Below, piece by piece: positions 7,785 to 15,566 of a stretch of 32,000 bases of DNA. The notes below the pieces were generated by a model, which saw only the letters and a list, made by a program, of their open reading frames with translations, was not told where the DNA came from and searched no databases. The stretch comes from Prochlorococcus marinus subsp. pastoris str. CCMP1986 (GTDB lineage: Bacteria > Cyanobacteriota > Cyanobacteriia > PCC-6307 > Cyanobiaceae). The position numbers and the translations under genes were made by a program. The stretch's first letter is position 1, and the number at the start of each line of letters is the position of its first letter. Location: NCBI RefSeq assembly GCF_000011465.1, contig NC_005072.1, forward strand, positions 960,001-992,000, given 5' to 3'.

Positions 7785-8132
7785 ATGAGTTATGTTCAGA
7801 GTGAACATTTTAAAATTATGCTAAAAAATAAAGAAAAAAATTCTGTTGTAAGAGGAATATTCTTAATCGGAGGTTGGGGTTTAGGTTTAGATAGATTTTA
7901 CGAGGGAGATAAAAAAGGTGGAGTCTTATCAATTATTGGATGGAGTATTACATTTTTTACTTTCCTTTACCTAAAATGTTCAGGATATGAATATGTTGAT
8001 GGTGTAAAGAATTATTCAGATTATTCACCAAATCCTTTAATTGTTTTACCTTTACTAGCTGGATTGTATGGAGGGTTTCTAATTATCAAAAAGGCTTTCA
8101 GGTTAGCTAAACAATTTGAAAACGCTGAGTAA
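7785..8132 (+). CDS. TM2-domain-like membrane protein
   Basis: 115 aa. …VVRGIFLIGGWGLGLDRFYEGDKKGGVLSIIGWSITFF… resembles the TM2 pattern G-x-x-G-x-(H/D)-R-F-Y-x-G. Confidence 0.5.
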   Translation: MSYVQSEHFKIMLKNKEKNSVVRGIFLIGGWGLGLDRFYEGDKKGGVLSIIGWSITFFTFLYLKCSGYEYVDGVKNYSDYSPNPLIVLPLLAGLYGGFLIIKKAFRLAKQFENAE

Positions 8133-8404
8133 TTATCTCAAAACATAGTCAAGACAATAAACCGGATCCTTTCAAATAAAATTTAAATAAAAGAATAACT
8201 AGTAAATTAACAATTACTAACGCCACTATTCCATTTCTGTTCTTTACATCTAACTTTTTAATTAAACTAGAGAGATAAAAAACAGGATTCTCAGGTTCTT
8301 TATTGTTCAATATTTTTAAAATAAAATTTAGATCAAATTATCACAATTTTTTTTTAAAACCAAAGAATGTAAAGTTCAAATTTCAGACAGATACAGCTAA
8401 GGTA

Positions 8405-8758
8405 TTACATTATTCCTGCATTTCTCAAGAAAGCTTTACCTATATTTCCAATAACAAAAAATAAAGACAAATTAATCAAAAGAATGATTAATAATGCCAA
8501 CATTTTATAGTTAGGATTTGATGAAATCCCATCAAATCCATCGTTGAGAACTCTTTTAAAAAGCGAATTGTCGTTAGTTACTGGTTTATCCACTTCTAAA
8601 TCAGATTTACCTTTTTCATCCTCAATCTCTTGATTACTTGCATTTTCAAGAAATTCAGTAAATGCTTTAAAATTCTCCTCTTTATTACTTTCTTTCTTAA
8701 TTTCGGAAGATGATTCAATTGAATTTTTCTCCTCAGGGATTTGCTTTGATTCTTCCAA
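8405..8758 (-). CDS. Hypothetical protein with an acidic N-terminus and a C-terminal TM anchor
   Basis: 117-aa ORF with a Glu/Ser/Lys-rich N-terminal two-thirds, followed by MLALLIILLINLSLFFVIGNIG. Confidence 0.5.
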   Translation of the reverse strand: MEESKQIPEEKNSIESSSEIKKESNKEENFKAFTEFLENASNQEIEDEKGKSDLEVDKPVTNDNSLFKRVLNDGFDGISSNPNYKMLALLIILLINLSLFFVIGNIGKAFLRNAGIM

Positions 8759-8936
8759 ATTTTAAATTTACGCTAGGGACATATTACACCATAAAAAAAA
8801 ACCCACTCGATCAAATGAAGAGAAGGTTAGTTAAGATTAAAATTCTTGATCTTATATTAATTAATTTTGATGAGTTTTGCGATTAGAAACTTTTTACTAA
8901 TCAACAGAATTTTAAAAGTAATTATTAAAATAAACT

Positions 8937-9140
8937 ATGCTTGATTCACAAACAATAAAAACCTGCAAGGAGAATCCAACAATAAGAGACATTAAGATAA
9001 AAAATATTGAGCATGCTATTGATCAAGCAGAAATGATGATTAAAGAATCAAAAATGAATCAAGAAGAATTAAGTTTTTTGAAAAGGAAAATATCTGATTC
9101 AAGGCAGGATCTGGAGATTCTTTATTTGATGAAAATTTAA
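8937..9140 (+). CDS. Hypothetical small helical protein
   Basis: 67-aa ORF with charged, coiled-coil-like composition. Confidence 0.4.
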   Translation: MLDSQTIKTCKENPTIRDIKIKNIEHAIDQAEMMIKESKMNQEELSFLKRKISDSRQDLEILYLMKI

Positions 9141-9229
9141 ATAAATAAATGTTTTTCAAAATTAAGTTTTAGTATATTTAGAGACTTAAGAATATATTGA
9201 ATAATGATTATATTAAAAAAAACAACATT

Positions 9230-9331
9230 ATGTCAAAGAAAAGTATTTATATACCTATAAAAGTAGTTCCATATATATTTGTCTTAATTGCTGCTATTAC
9301 TATTGCTGCTACTACAAATATAATTATTTAG
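9230..9331 (+). CDS. Possible 33-aa single-TM microprotein
   Basis: Hand translation gives MSKKSIYIPIKVVPYIFVLIAAITIAATTNIII*. Confidence 0.25.
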   Translation: MSKKSIYIPIKVVPYIFVLIAAITIAATTNIII

Positions 9332-9421
9332 TACTTAAGAACATTGTTTATGAATAACATATAAGATAATTCAATAGAACATATTAATTAATCAAAAAGA
9401 TCAGATAAAAACAATAAATAC

Positions 9422-9673
9422 ATGAAAAATTTAAGGATAACTCTCGCTGTGATTTTTTTATCTATAGTCTTCCTTTTTAGTTTAAAAACATATCGTGATT
9501 TTGTTATTACTAATGATTTAAAAAATGAAGAAAAAATTAAATTAAAAAAATCAGCTGAAATCTTGAATGAATGTTTTGATCTAGAAAACAAAAGTAAGAG
9601 AACTATAAATGAAGCGTTGAAATTGATTGAATATTGTTTAGAAGAATTTGGATCTGAAAAAAAATTAAATTAG
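9422..9673 (+). CDS. Hypothetical protein with an N-terminal signal or anchor segment
   Basis: 83-aa ORF with MKNLRITLAVIFLSIVFLFSL followed by a charged domain. It is preferred over the antisense ORF 9388-9591. Confidence 0.5.
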   Translation: MKNLRITLAVIFLSIVFLFSLKTYRDFVITNDLKNEEKIKLKKSAEILNECFDLENKSKRTINEALKLIEYCLEEFGSEKKLN

Positions 9674-9676
9674 CAT

Positions 9677-9946
9677 ATGCTCAACTACTTATATCTTTTT
9701 AAAATAACTCACTTAGCATATATAAAAATGTTTATGGATAAAAAAAATATTAATAGATGGGAACCAACAAAAATTCAAATCGATAATATCATTCTTCCTG
9801 CCTATACCGACCTTTCTAAGAGATGTGTTTCTTATATTAATGAACTTGAATGCCCACCACAATACATAGCTGATATGTTGAGAGATTTAGCTGATGCAAT
9901 AATGACTTCATATCCTGAAGTTAAAAACAATAGTTCTAATTTATAG
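9677..9946 (+). CDS. Hypothetical protein
   Basis: 89-aa ORF. The true start may be an internal Met at 9728 or 9734 (MFMDKKNINRW…). Confidence 0.5.
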   Translation: MLNYLYLFKITHLAYIKMFMDKKNINRWEPTKIQIDNIILPAYTDLSKRCVSYINELECPPQYIADMLRDLADAIMTSYPEVKNNSSNL

Positions 9947-9953
9947 TTTTTAA

Positions 9954-10361
9954 ATGAGTAAAATAACATGTTCTTATTTAGGGGACTTAAAATGCGAAGC
10001 CAAACATCTCCAATCTGGGAATCTAATCACAACTGATGCACCTATAGATCATTGCGGGAAAGGTGAAAACTTCTCACCAACTGATTTACTCGCAACCTCT
10101 CTAGGCTCTTGCCTTCTAACGATAATGTCTATCAAAGCGAGATCAAATGGTTGGGAATTAAAAAATATTTATTTAGATATTGAGAAAATAATGACTAAGA
10201 ATAAAGAAAGGAAAATAGCACAACTAAAAATAGATATTTATATTCCTGATGACTTATCAAAAGAAAAAATTGATTTTATAAAAAATGCTTCAGAAGATTG
10301 TCCTGTCACTAGAAATCTTTCTGAATCGCTTGATATTAAAATAAATTGGCATAACCAATAA
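9954..10361 (+). CDS. OsmC/Ohr-family peroxiredoxin-like protein
   Basis: 135 aa. …GKGENFSPTDLLATSLGSCLLTIM… and …ASEDCPVTRNL… are the two conserved Cys-containing blocks of the OsmC family. Confidence 0.8.
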   Translation: MSKITCSYLGDLKCEAKHLQSGNLITTDAPIDHCGKGENFSPTDLLATSLGSCLLTIMSIKARSNGWELKNIYLDIEKIMTKNKERKIAQLKIDIYIPDDLSKEKIDFIKNASEDCPVTRNLSESLDIKINWHNQ

Positions 10362-10402
10362 ACTTTATAAAAATAATTTTCAATTTTTAATAATACGATT
10401 AT

Positions 10403-10519
10403 ATGAAATACTTCATAGGAATAATTATTCTTTTACTTGGAATATTTATAATTACTGATTTAGCATTTAAAACTAGATATACCAGAAAAAGATTGTCCGA
10501 TAAAAACAAGAATGAATAA
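10403..10519 (+). CDS. Possible 38-aa single-TM microprotein
   Basis: Hand translation gives MKYFIGIIILLLGIFIITDLAFKTRYTRKRLSDKNKNE*. Confidence 0.3.
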   Translation: MKYFIGIIILLLGIFIITDLAFKTRYTRKRLSDKNKNE

Positions 10520-10556
10520 GATTCTTGTTCTTATTAATCGATATATTAGAAATTTT

Positions 10557-10763
10557 TTAGGATACTTTTCTGGACTTTCTATTACTTATTTCAACCCATG
10601 ATTTTTGCCTTTTGTTTAAATCTGAAATGTATGCTCGAGATTTTCTAGCTAATTGAATTTTTTTTTCTCTTTGTCTAAGTTGATTTAACTCTTGAATAGA
10701 ATAGATTTTAGTATCTTTTTTATGCTTAAAAATACTTAAAAAATTAAGAAAATATTTTTTCAT
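10557..10763 (-). CDS. Hypothetical highly basic small protein
   Basis: 68-aa ORF rich in Lys and Arg. Confidence 0.4.
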   Translation of the reverse strand: MKKYFLNFLSIFKHKKDTKIYSIQELNQLRQREKKIQLARKSRAYISDLNKRQKSWVEISNRKSRKVS

Positions 10764-10846
10764 AGACTTAATCTACTGTCTTTTGTCATTTTGCCAATAG
10801 AGTAAAATTACTTTTATTAAATAAAAAATTTAAAATAATTTTTGAT

Positions 10847-11134
10847 TTATTTATATTTATCAATTTTCTTATCAATTAAATCGATTAAAGGAATCATGAA
10901 ATTAACATTTATACCTACAGTACACCATACGTATGTAAGACAAAATAGCAACTTTATATATAAGTTAGAGGGTAAAGTAAGAAACAATTTAAAAAAGCTG
11001 CCAACAAATAATATTAGTATTCCAATTTGCAATAATCCCTTAGCTATCCATAGAAAACCTCGTTTCCTTATGTTCTTGTAGAACCAAAAAAAAATAGCTC
11101 CAAAAATAAATAATAAAATTAGATTTATTATCAT
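10847..11134 (-). CDS. Hypothetical membrane protein
   Basis: 95-aa ORF with three hydrophobic helices. It is preferred over the overlapping + strand ORF 10842-11081, which has no TM or domain logic. Confidence 0.5.
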   Translation of the reverse strand: MIINLILLFIFGAIFFWFYKNIRKRGFLWIAKGLLQIGILILFVGSFFKLFLTLPSNLYIKLLFCLTYVWCTVGINVNFMIPLIDLIDKKIDKYK

Positions 11135-11276
11135 TTAAATTCTTTAATAACACCTGTTAATAATAATGCTTTGGTTAAAGGAGAATATAAATATTACATT
11201 TTTAAAATCAATTAAAATTAAAGATATTAATTGATTATCTATAAATTTTTTTGAAAAACTATCGATCTAAATGAAT

Positions 11277-11672
11277 TTAAAACAACTTCGATTTTAATAA
11301 ATCAACCCTCTTTTGATTCACACCTAGATCACCTTCACCGACTCTAGATTCAGACCTAACAAGCAATTTACGAGATTCAGGAACAAAAGATACTTCTAAA
11401 TCATCAACGTATTTCATCCATTTACTTGTTACTTCAGCATGAAGATAGTCTCCATCAAGTTCAACAATTACTGATCTTGGGGTATTCTCGATAATTTCTT
11501 TAACTTCCTTAAAAGGTTGTTCGATTGAATCTACTTCCCATTCTTCTCTGACACAATGTGCTATTTCAACACACTCACTCAATTCAATGTGAGAAGCAAA
11601 TGAAGCTGAGGGAAATATAAATCCTATGAATACAAAGAAACTTACAAAAAAGATTTTCATTAAAACAAGCAT
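11277..11672 (-). CDS. DUF1499-like secreted or anchored protein
   Basis: 131 aa with an N-terminal signal-like segment. The C-terminus …LLVRSESRVGEGDLGVNQKRVDLLKSKL resembles DUF1499. Confidence 0.55.
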   Translation of the reverse strand: MLVLMKIFFVSFFVFIGFIFPSASFASHIELSECVEIAHCVREEWEVDSIEQPFKEVKEIIENTPRSVIVELDGDYLHAEVTSKWMKYVDDLEVSFVPESRKLLVRSESRVGEGDLGVNQKRVDLLKSKLF

Positions 11673-11798
11673 GAAGTTTTCTTAATCTAACTAACAAAAA
11701 TAAAAATTTGATGGAATAATATTCAGTAAAATTTATATCTTATAGAAGAACTAAAAACTTCTAAGATTTAGAATTAAGTTTCAATAAATTTAAATATT

Positions 11799-12089
11799 TT
11801 GGAATTAACTGAATTAATAAAAGATTATATAGCCACAGAATTATTGTCTAGTACTGAACTTGACTTTCTAGAAGCAGAATTATGGGAAACCATTCAACAC
11901 ATTTCAGAGATAAATACATTAACAATGGCTCCAAAGGATATATGCAATAAATTAGAACTTAAGGAAAAATCTTGCTGGCAATTATGTTGTGCTGCAGTAC
12001 TTGATTTTTCAAGACCTTTAAAAGAGAAAAATGAAAGAGTTGAAAATTTCAACAAATTATTAAATCAATATAACCTTTGCAGCAAATAA
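11799..12089 (+). CDS. Hypothetical acidic protein (TTG start)
   Basis: 96-aa ORF. A small hairpin follows directly downstream. Confidence 0.5.
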   Translation: MELTELIKDYIATELLSSTELDFLEAELWETIQHISEINTLTMAPKDICNKLELKEKSCWQLCCAAVLDFSRPLKEKNERVENFNKLLNQYNLCSK

Positions 12090-12092
12090 AAA

Positions 12093-12110
12093 AGACCCCT
12101 AAAGGGGCCT
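12093..12110 (+). terminator. Weak GC hairpin after the 11799-12089 ORF
   Basis: In agaCCCCtaaaGGGGcct the CCCC/GGGG stem is flanked by two more pairs. It lies 4 nt after the stop codon, but no clear U-tract follows. Confidence 0.3.
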
Positions 12111-12249
12111 AAATTGGTTCTAATAAATCGAGTGTTTCCTTGTTTCCACTGATTTAATAAAACCTCTCCTACACACAATTTAAATTTCACATGATTTTAT
12201 TATAGAGTAAATACTTATTGGGCAAGTATATTAATTGTCACAAAGCTAA

Positions 12250-12321
12250 AAACCAAAAGTACTCAAATTATTATTCGAGTACTTATTACTATCAGAAAAA
12301 TGTGTGTGAGGAGTTTCTGAT
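12250..12321 (-). ncRNA. yfr1: Yfr1 small regulatory RNA
   Basis: The minus strand carries an exact copy of the Yfr1 undecanucleotide ACTCCTCACAC (12304-12314). This motif lies in the loop of an 8-bp stem (ATCAGAAA/TTTCTGAT). An 8-bp terminator hairpin (AAGTACTC…GAGTACTT, 12257-12284) follows, then TTTTGGTTTTT. A -10-like TAGATT lies at 12328-12333. The predicted length is about 65-70 nt. Confidence 0.7.
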
Positions 12322-12437
12322 TCAATCAATCTACAATTATTCGAATTAAAAAAGCCACGGTATTAATCCCTATTTATATTTATTTACTTATTAAAAAATA
12401 AAACTAGAATACTTGGATTGGTACAAGATATTTTCAA

Positions 12438-12584
12438 ATGAAAAAAAGATACAAGAAAGTAATTTACATTTTTATTGCAATTGTCCTTATTTCAATTATT
12501 GGAGGAGTTGTAAAATATTCATTTAGGTACATTGACGAGAATCCTGATAAATATATTCCTAAAACAAAGCAAATAATAATTTAA
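12438..12584 (+). CDS. Possible 48-aa single-TM microprotein
   Basis: Hand translation gives MKKRYKKVIYIFIAIVLISIIGGVVKYSFRYIDENPDKYIPKTKQIII*. Confidence 0.35.
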   Translation: MKKRYKKVIYIFIAIVLISIIGGVVKYSFRYIDENPDKYIPKTKQIII

Positions 12585-12755
12585 TTTTTTGTTTTTTAGA
12601 TTTATTAAATTATATTTGCCAATTCCCTATTGTTTAAACTTAAACTCTGAATACTTAAAAAAATAACTAGGCTTAAAAAGAAATTATTTGAGTATAAATC
12701 CACTTTCCAAAATATTAAATCTGTCTTATAAACTTCTCGATGATTGGAGGACTTT

Positions 12756-12896
12756 ATGAAAAGAAAACATACCTTTTTTAAAAATAAAGATAATAATCTA
12801 GAAGACTTTAAAGCAAAGCATAATTATCAAATAGTTGAAGAATACTGGAGGAAAAGAAGAAAAGAATGTGAAAAAAATCTCTCTAAATTTTGCTAA
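12756..12896 (+). CDS. Possible 46-aa basic microprotein
   Basis: Hand translation gives MKRKHTFFKNKDNNLEDFKAKHNYQIVEEYWRKRRKECEKNLSKFC*. A GGAGG (12746-12750) sits 5 nt before the ATG, which is unusual in this genome. Confidence 0.4.
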   Translation: MKRKHTFFKNKDNNLEDFKAKHNYQIVEEYWRKRRKECEKNLSKFC

Positions 12897-12905
12897 CCAA
12901 AAATT

Positions 12906-13154
12906 ATGGATTTTATAATTTCTATTTTTCTAGCTTCTGTTATGTGGGTTCAAGTTCCTCAATGGGAGGCTGATTGGTCAAAGTGTGCAGTAGATGTTCC
13001 TGATACATCATGTCATTGGTATGTCGCTGCACCCGATAATACCTTTGGAGAAGGATTTGATTGGGAAAGTGCCCCTTGGTTTGATGCTAACGGACTTCAA
13101 GATGTAGCAAAAATTGAGAAAGAAAGTGTAGTAGAAAAGCTTCAAAAAAATTAG
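12906..13154 (+). CDS. Hypothetical Trp- and Asp-rich protein with an N-terminal hydrophobic segment
   Basis: 82-aa ORF with no competing frame. Confidence 0.5.
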   Translation: MDFIISIFLASVMWVQVPQWEADWSKCAVDVPDTSCHWYVAAPDNTFGEGFDWESAPWFDANGLQDVAKIEKESVVEKLQKN

Positions 13155-13247
13155 ATAATATTCAATTAATAAATTACATTTTTTAGCAATAAAGTATTCA
13201 TTTCTTTCTAATAATATTTAAGATGAAAATGACTTTTTAATATTTCA

Positions 13248-13394
13248 ATGCGCTTCAAAGTAAGTTTAAAAAAAGACGGCAAAGAGTTTGATGAAGTTGT
13301 GATAGCAAACAACAAGAAAGATGCTATTGAAGTGGCTTTAAAAAACAATCCAGAAGCGGAGGTCCTTAATTCTGATTGGACATTTAAACTTTGA
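13248..13394 (+). CDS. Possible 48-aa soluble microprotein
   Basis: Hand translation gives MRFKVSLKKDGKEFDEVVIANNKKDAIEVALKNNPEAEVLNSDWTFKL*, with a beta-alpha-beta-like alternation. Confidence 0.4.
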   Translation: MRFKVSLKKDGKEFDEVVIANNKKDAIEVALKNNPEAEVLNSDWTFKL

Positions 13395-13402
13395 AAAAAG
13401 TT

Positions 13403-14191
13403 TTAAAATTTATTTCCAATTTTTGGAATTATTAACGAAGCAACGCAAATAACACTTATTGCAGGACCAGGAGATAAGTTAAAAACAATTGAAAGAATAA
13501 AACCCAATAGAGAAATACAAAGTCCAAAGAATGAAGATCTCATCATTGCAATCCTAAGACTTTGTGCTTTATCAAGTCCTAATAAAGTAGGTGTTGAAAG
13601 TAATGCAATTACTAAAATTACTCCAACAGCAGACATTGAACTAACGATAACTAGTGCCGTCGTGAAACTTAGAGCTAGGTTTAACAAAGACACATTTATT
13701 CCACTAGCTGAGGCGCCCTCTGGATCTAATCCGACATATACAACTTTTTCATATCCGAACGTTACTAATAAAATGAATGTTAGAAAAGCAATAATTGTTC
13801 TTAACAAATCGCCAAGGTTTGCGGTTAATAAATCCCCAAATAATACTGCCTCTAAATCAATTCTTATCCCAAGAAGTGGAATTAGTAAAACCCCAAAACC
13901 AAGCATGCCAGCAAGAATTGTATTCATAACTGCTTCATAATTTTCACTTTTTTTATTAGTTAAACTCTCCGCAATAATTGCTCCGACAAGACCACTTATA
14001 ACTCCTCCAATTGAGGGATGAATACCTAGAGCTAGAGCTAGAGCTAGTCCCGGTAAAACACAATGAGAAATTAAATTTACTTGTAATAGTCTTCTATGAG
14101 TAATCAATACTGTTCCCATGGCTGGGCATAATATTCCAGAGAAAATAGTAATTATTAAAGGAATTAACCACCAGTTGTTTAAAAAAGACAT
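13403..14191 (-). CDS. znuB: ABC-3 family metal (zinc) ABC transporter permease
   Basis: 262 aa and polytopic. …VLITHRRLLQVNLISHCVLPGLALALALG… is the ABC-3 (ZnuB/MntB) pattern. It lies in a cluster with zur, znuC and znuA. Confidence 0.85.
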   Translation of the reverse strand: MSFLNNWWLIPLIITIFSGILCPAMGTVLITHRRLLQVNLISHCVLPGLALALALGIHPSIGGVISGLVGAIIAESLTNKKSENYEAVMNTILAGMLGFGVLLIPLLGIRIDLEAVLFGDLLTANLGDLLRTIIAFLTFILLVTFGYEKVVYVGLDPEGASASGINVSLLNLALSFTTALVIVSSMSAVGVILVIALLSTPTLLGLDKAQSLRIAMMRSSFFGLCISLLGFILSIVFNLSPGPAISVICVASLIIPKIGNKF

Positions 14192-14238
14192 TAATCGTAT
14201 GATTCGTTATGATCAAAAAAGCAGGACATTAAAAGATC

Positions 14239-14643
14239 TTGAAAATAATGGTAACCAAGCCCGACATTACCAAAAGACAAGAGCAACTTCTTGAAGAACT
14301 TAAAAAATGTGATGATGAATTGAGTGGTCAAGAATTGCATAGGCTATTGATTATCGAAGGCAAATCCATGGGGTTGACAACAGTTTATAGAAATCTTCAA
14401 ACTCTTATAAAACATGGATTGATTCGATCTAGACATCTTCCAACAGGTGAAGTACTTTACACTCCTGTTGATAGAGATATTCACCATCTGACATGTGTTC
14501 AATGTGGAGAAACCTCCAAAATGGAAGGTTGTCCGGTAAAAGATATTCATAGTCCAAAGAAAAACCCAAAAAAATTTCAACTTTTGTTTCATACACTTGA
14601 ATATTTCGGCCTTTGCCAAAACTGTTATCAAGCTCAGAGTTAA
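14239..14643 (+). CDS. zur: Fur-family metalloregulator, probably the zinc uptake regulator Zur
   Basis: 134 aa with a winged-helix N-terminus (…SGQELHRLL…GLTTVYRNLQTL…). This is followed by HHLTCVQCG and CQNCY CxxC pairs. The ATG at 14248 is a likely alternative to the TTG at 14239. The gene is embedded in the znu cluster. Confidence 0.85.
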   Translation: MKIMVTKPDITKRQEQLLEELKKCDDELSGQELHRLLIIEGKSMGLTTVYRNLQTLIKHGLIRSRHLPTGEVLYTPVDRDIHHLTCVQCGETSKMEGCPVKDIHSPKKNPKKFQLLFHTLEYFGLCQNCYQAQS

Positions 14644-14678
14644 ATTTAAAAATATTTTTAATCACAGATATTATTCTC

Positions 14679-15428
14679 TTATAAAGAACTAATATTGAGA
14701 TCATCCAATTTGCCTTGTATTGAATTGGGAGTTCCGGATGCTAATACTGTTTTATCTAAAACAACAACCTGATCATAACTATTGAGAGATGAGCCCCAAT
14801 CATGACTACTTATAAACAGAGCTAAGCCTGCATCTGCAAGTTTACGGACTATTTTAAGAAAATCGTCTTTTGCGGGAGGATCTAATGCAGCACATGGTTC
14901 ATCTAGCAGAAGAATTCTTGCAGGAGACATTAAAGTTTTAGCCAAAAGTGCTCTTTGTTGTTGTCCGCCTGAAAGAGAATCAAGTCTTCTATTTGCAAGA
15001 TTTGAAATGCCAACTCTTTGCATTGTTGCTTCCAATTCGCAACATTTATTAACCCAAGACTTTGGATTTGCGAGAAGAGCCTTTATTTGGAATGGATTAG
15101 TATTTTTTGATTTTGAATATTTTATTTGACCTAATGAGACTAATTTTTCAACAGTAATCGGAAATTTCCAATTCATTGAGCTTCTTTGTGGCATAAGTGC
15201 AACCTGGGATCTAGTTCTAACTAAACTTTCACCATCAATTGTTATATCTCCAATATCAGGATTATTTTGTCCTTGCAATAATTTCAAAAGAGTTGATTTA
15301 CCAGCTCCATTTGGTCCAACAAGAGCAGTCAATGTTCCTGGTTTTATTTGAACCGAAACCTTATTTAAAGCTGGCTTGCTTTTTTTTGAATAAGAATAAG
15401 TTAAATTATCTGCAATTAAAGTAGCCAT
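14679..15428 (-). CDS. znuC: Metal (zinc) ABC transporter ATP-binding protein
   Basis: 249 aa with Walker A GPNGAGKST, signature LSGGQQQR and Walker B ILLLDEP. Confidence 0.9.
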   Translation of the reverse strand: MATLIADNLTYSYSKKSKPALNKVSVQIKPGTLTALVGPNGAGKSTLLKLLQGQNNPDIGDITIDGESLVRTRSQVALMPQRSSMNWKFPITVEKLVSLGQIKYSKSKNTNPFQIKALLANPKSWVNKCCELEATMQRVGISNLANRRLDSLSGGQQQRALLAKTLMSPARILLLDEPCAALDPPAKDDFLKIVRKLADAGLALFISSHDWGSSLNSYDQVVVLDKTVLASGTPNSIQGKLDDLNISSL

Positions 15429-15528
15429 TAAAGAATATATTTAAGTCAGTTAGACCTTTATTTTATCAATATTAAGGAATCCATACTTATTTCATAACAA
15501 TTAATACCAAATATTGCTATGAATTATG

Positions 15529-15545
15529 AAAATGATTATCATTTT
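15529..15545. promoter_or_regulatory. Fur/Zur box in the divergent znuC-znuA promoter region
   Basis: AAAATGAT-T-ATCATTTT is a perfect 8-1-8 palindrome 22 bp upstream of the znuA ATG. The 19-mer at 15528-15546 matches the classical Fur-box consensus GATAATGATAATCATTATC at 15 of 19 positions by my count. Confidence 0.7.
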
Positions 15546-15566
15546 TAAGTATTTGAAATTTGTTTA

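Noticed and set aside
8163-8318. 52-codon minus-strand ORF (TTG start) with a TM-like segment in the 8133-8404 gap
   Set aside because: It has no ATG, depends on a TTG in AT-rich sequence, and has no other support. It is too weak to call.
9388-9591. 67-aa minus-strand ORF overlapping 9422-9673
   Set aside because: It overlaps the plus-strand ORF almost completely. The plus-strand product has a sensible architecture of signal or anchor plus a charged domain, and the minus-strand product does not.
10842-11081. 79-aa plus-strand ORF overlapping 10847-11134
   Set aside because: The opposite-strand ORF encodes regular TM helices, so it is the more plausible of the two mutually exclusive calls.
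13662-13940. 92-aa plus-strand ORF inside znuB
   Set aside because: It is antisense to a confidently identified ABC-3 permease.
14196-14215. Possible Zur box in the znuB/zur divergent gap
   Set aside because: It has only a direct ATGAT-N5-ATGAT repeat and matches the 19-bp Fur consensus poorly. I kept it as a remark in a finding, not as a feature.
14344-14704. Two minus-strand ORFs (14344-14631 and 14429-14704) across zur
   Set aside because: Both are antisense to a Fur-family gene with intact CxxC motifs, and neither has recognisable features.
15239-15424. 61-aa plus-strand ORF inside znuC
   Set aside because: It is antisense to an ABC ATPase with all canonical motifs.
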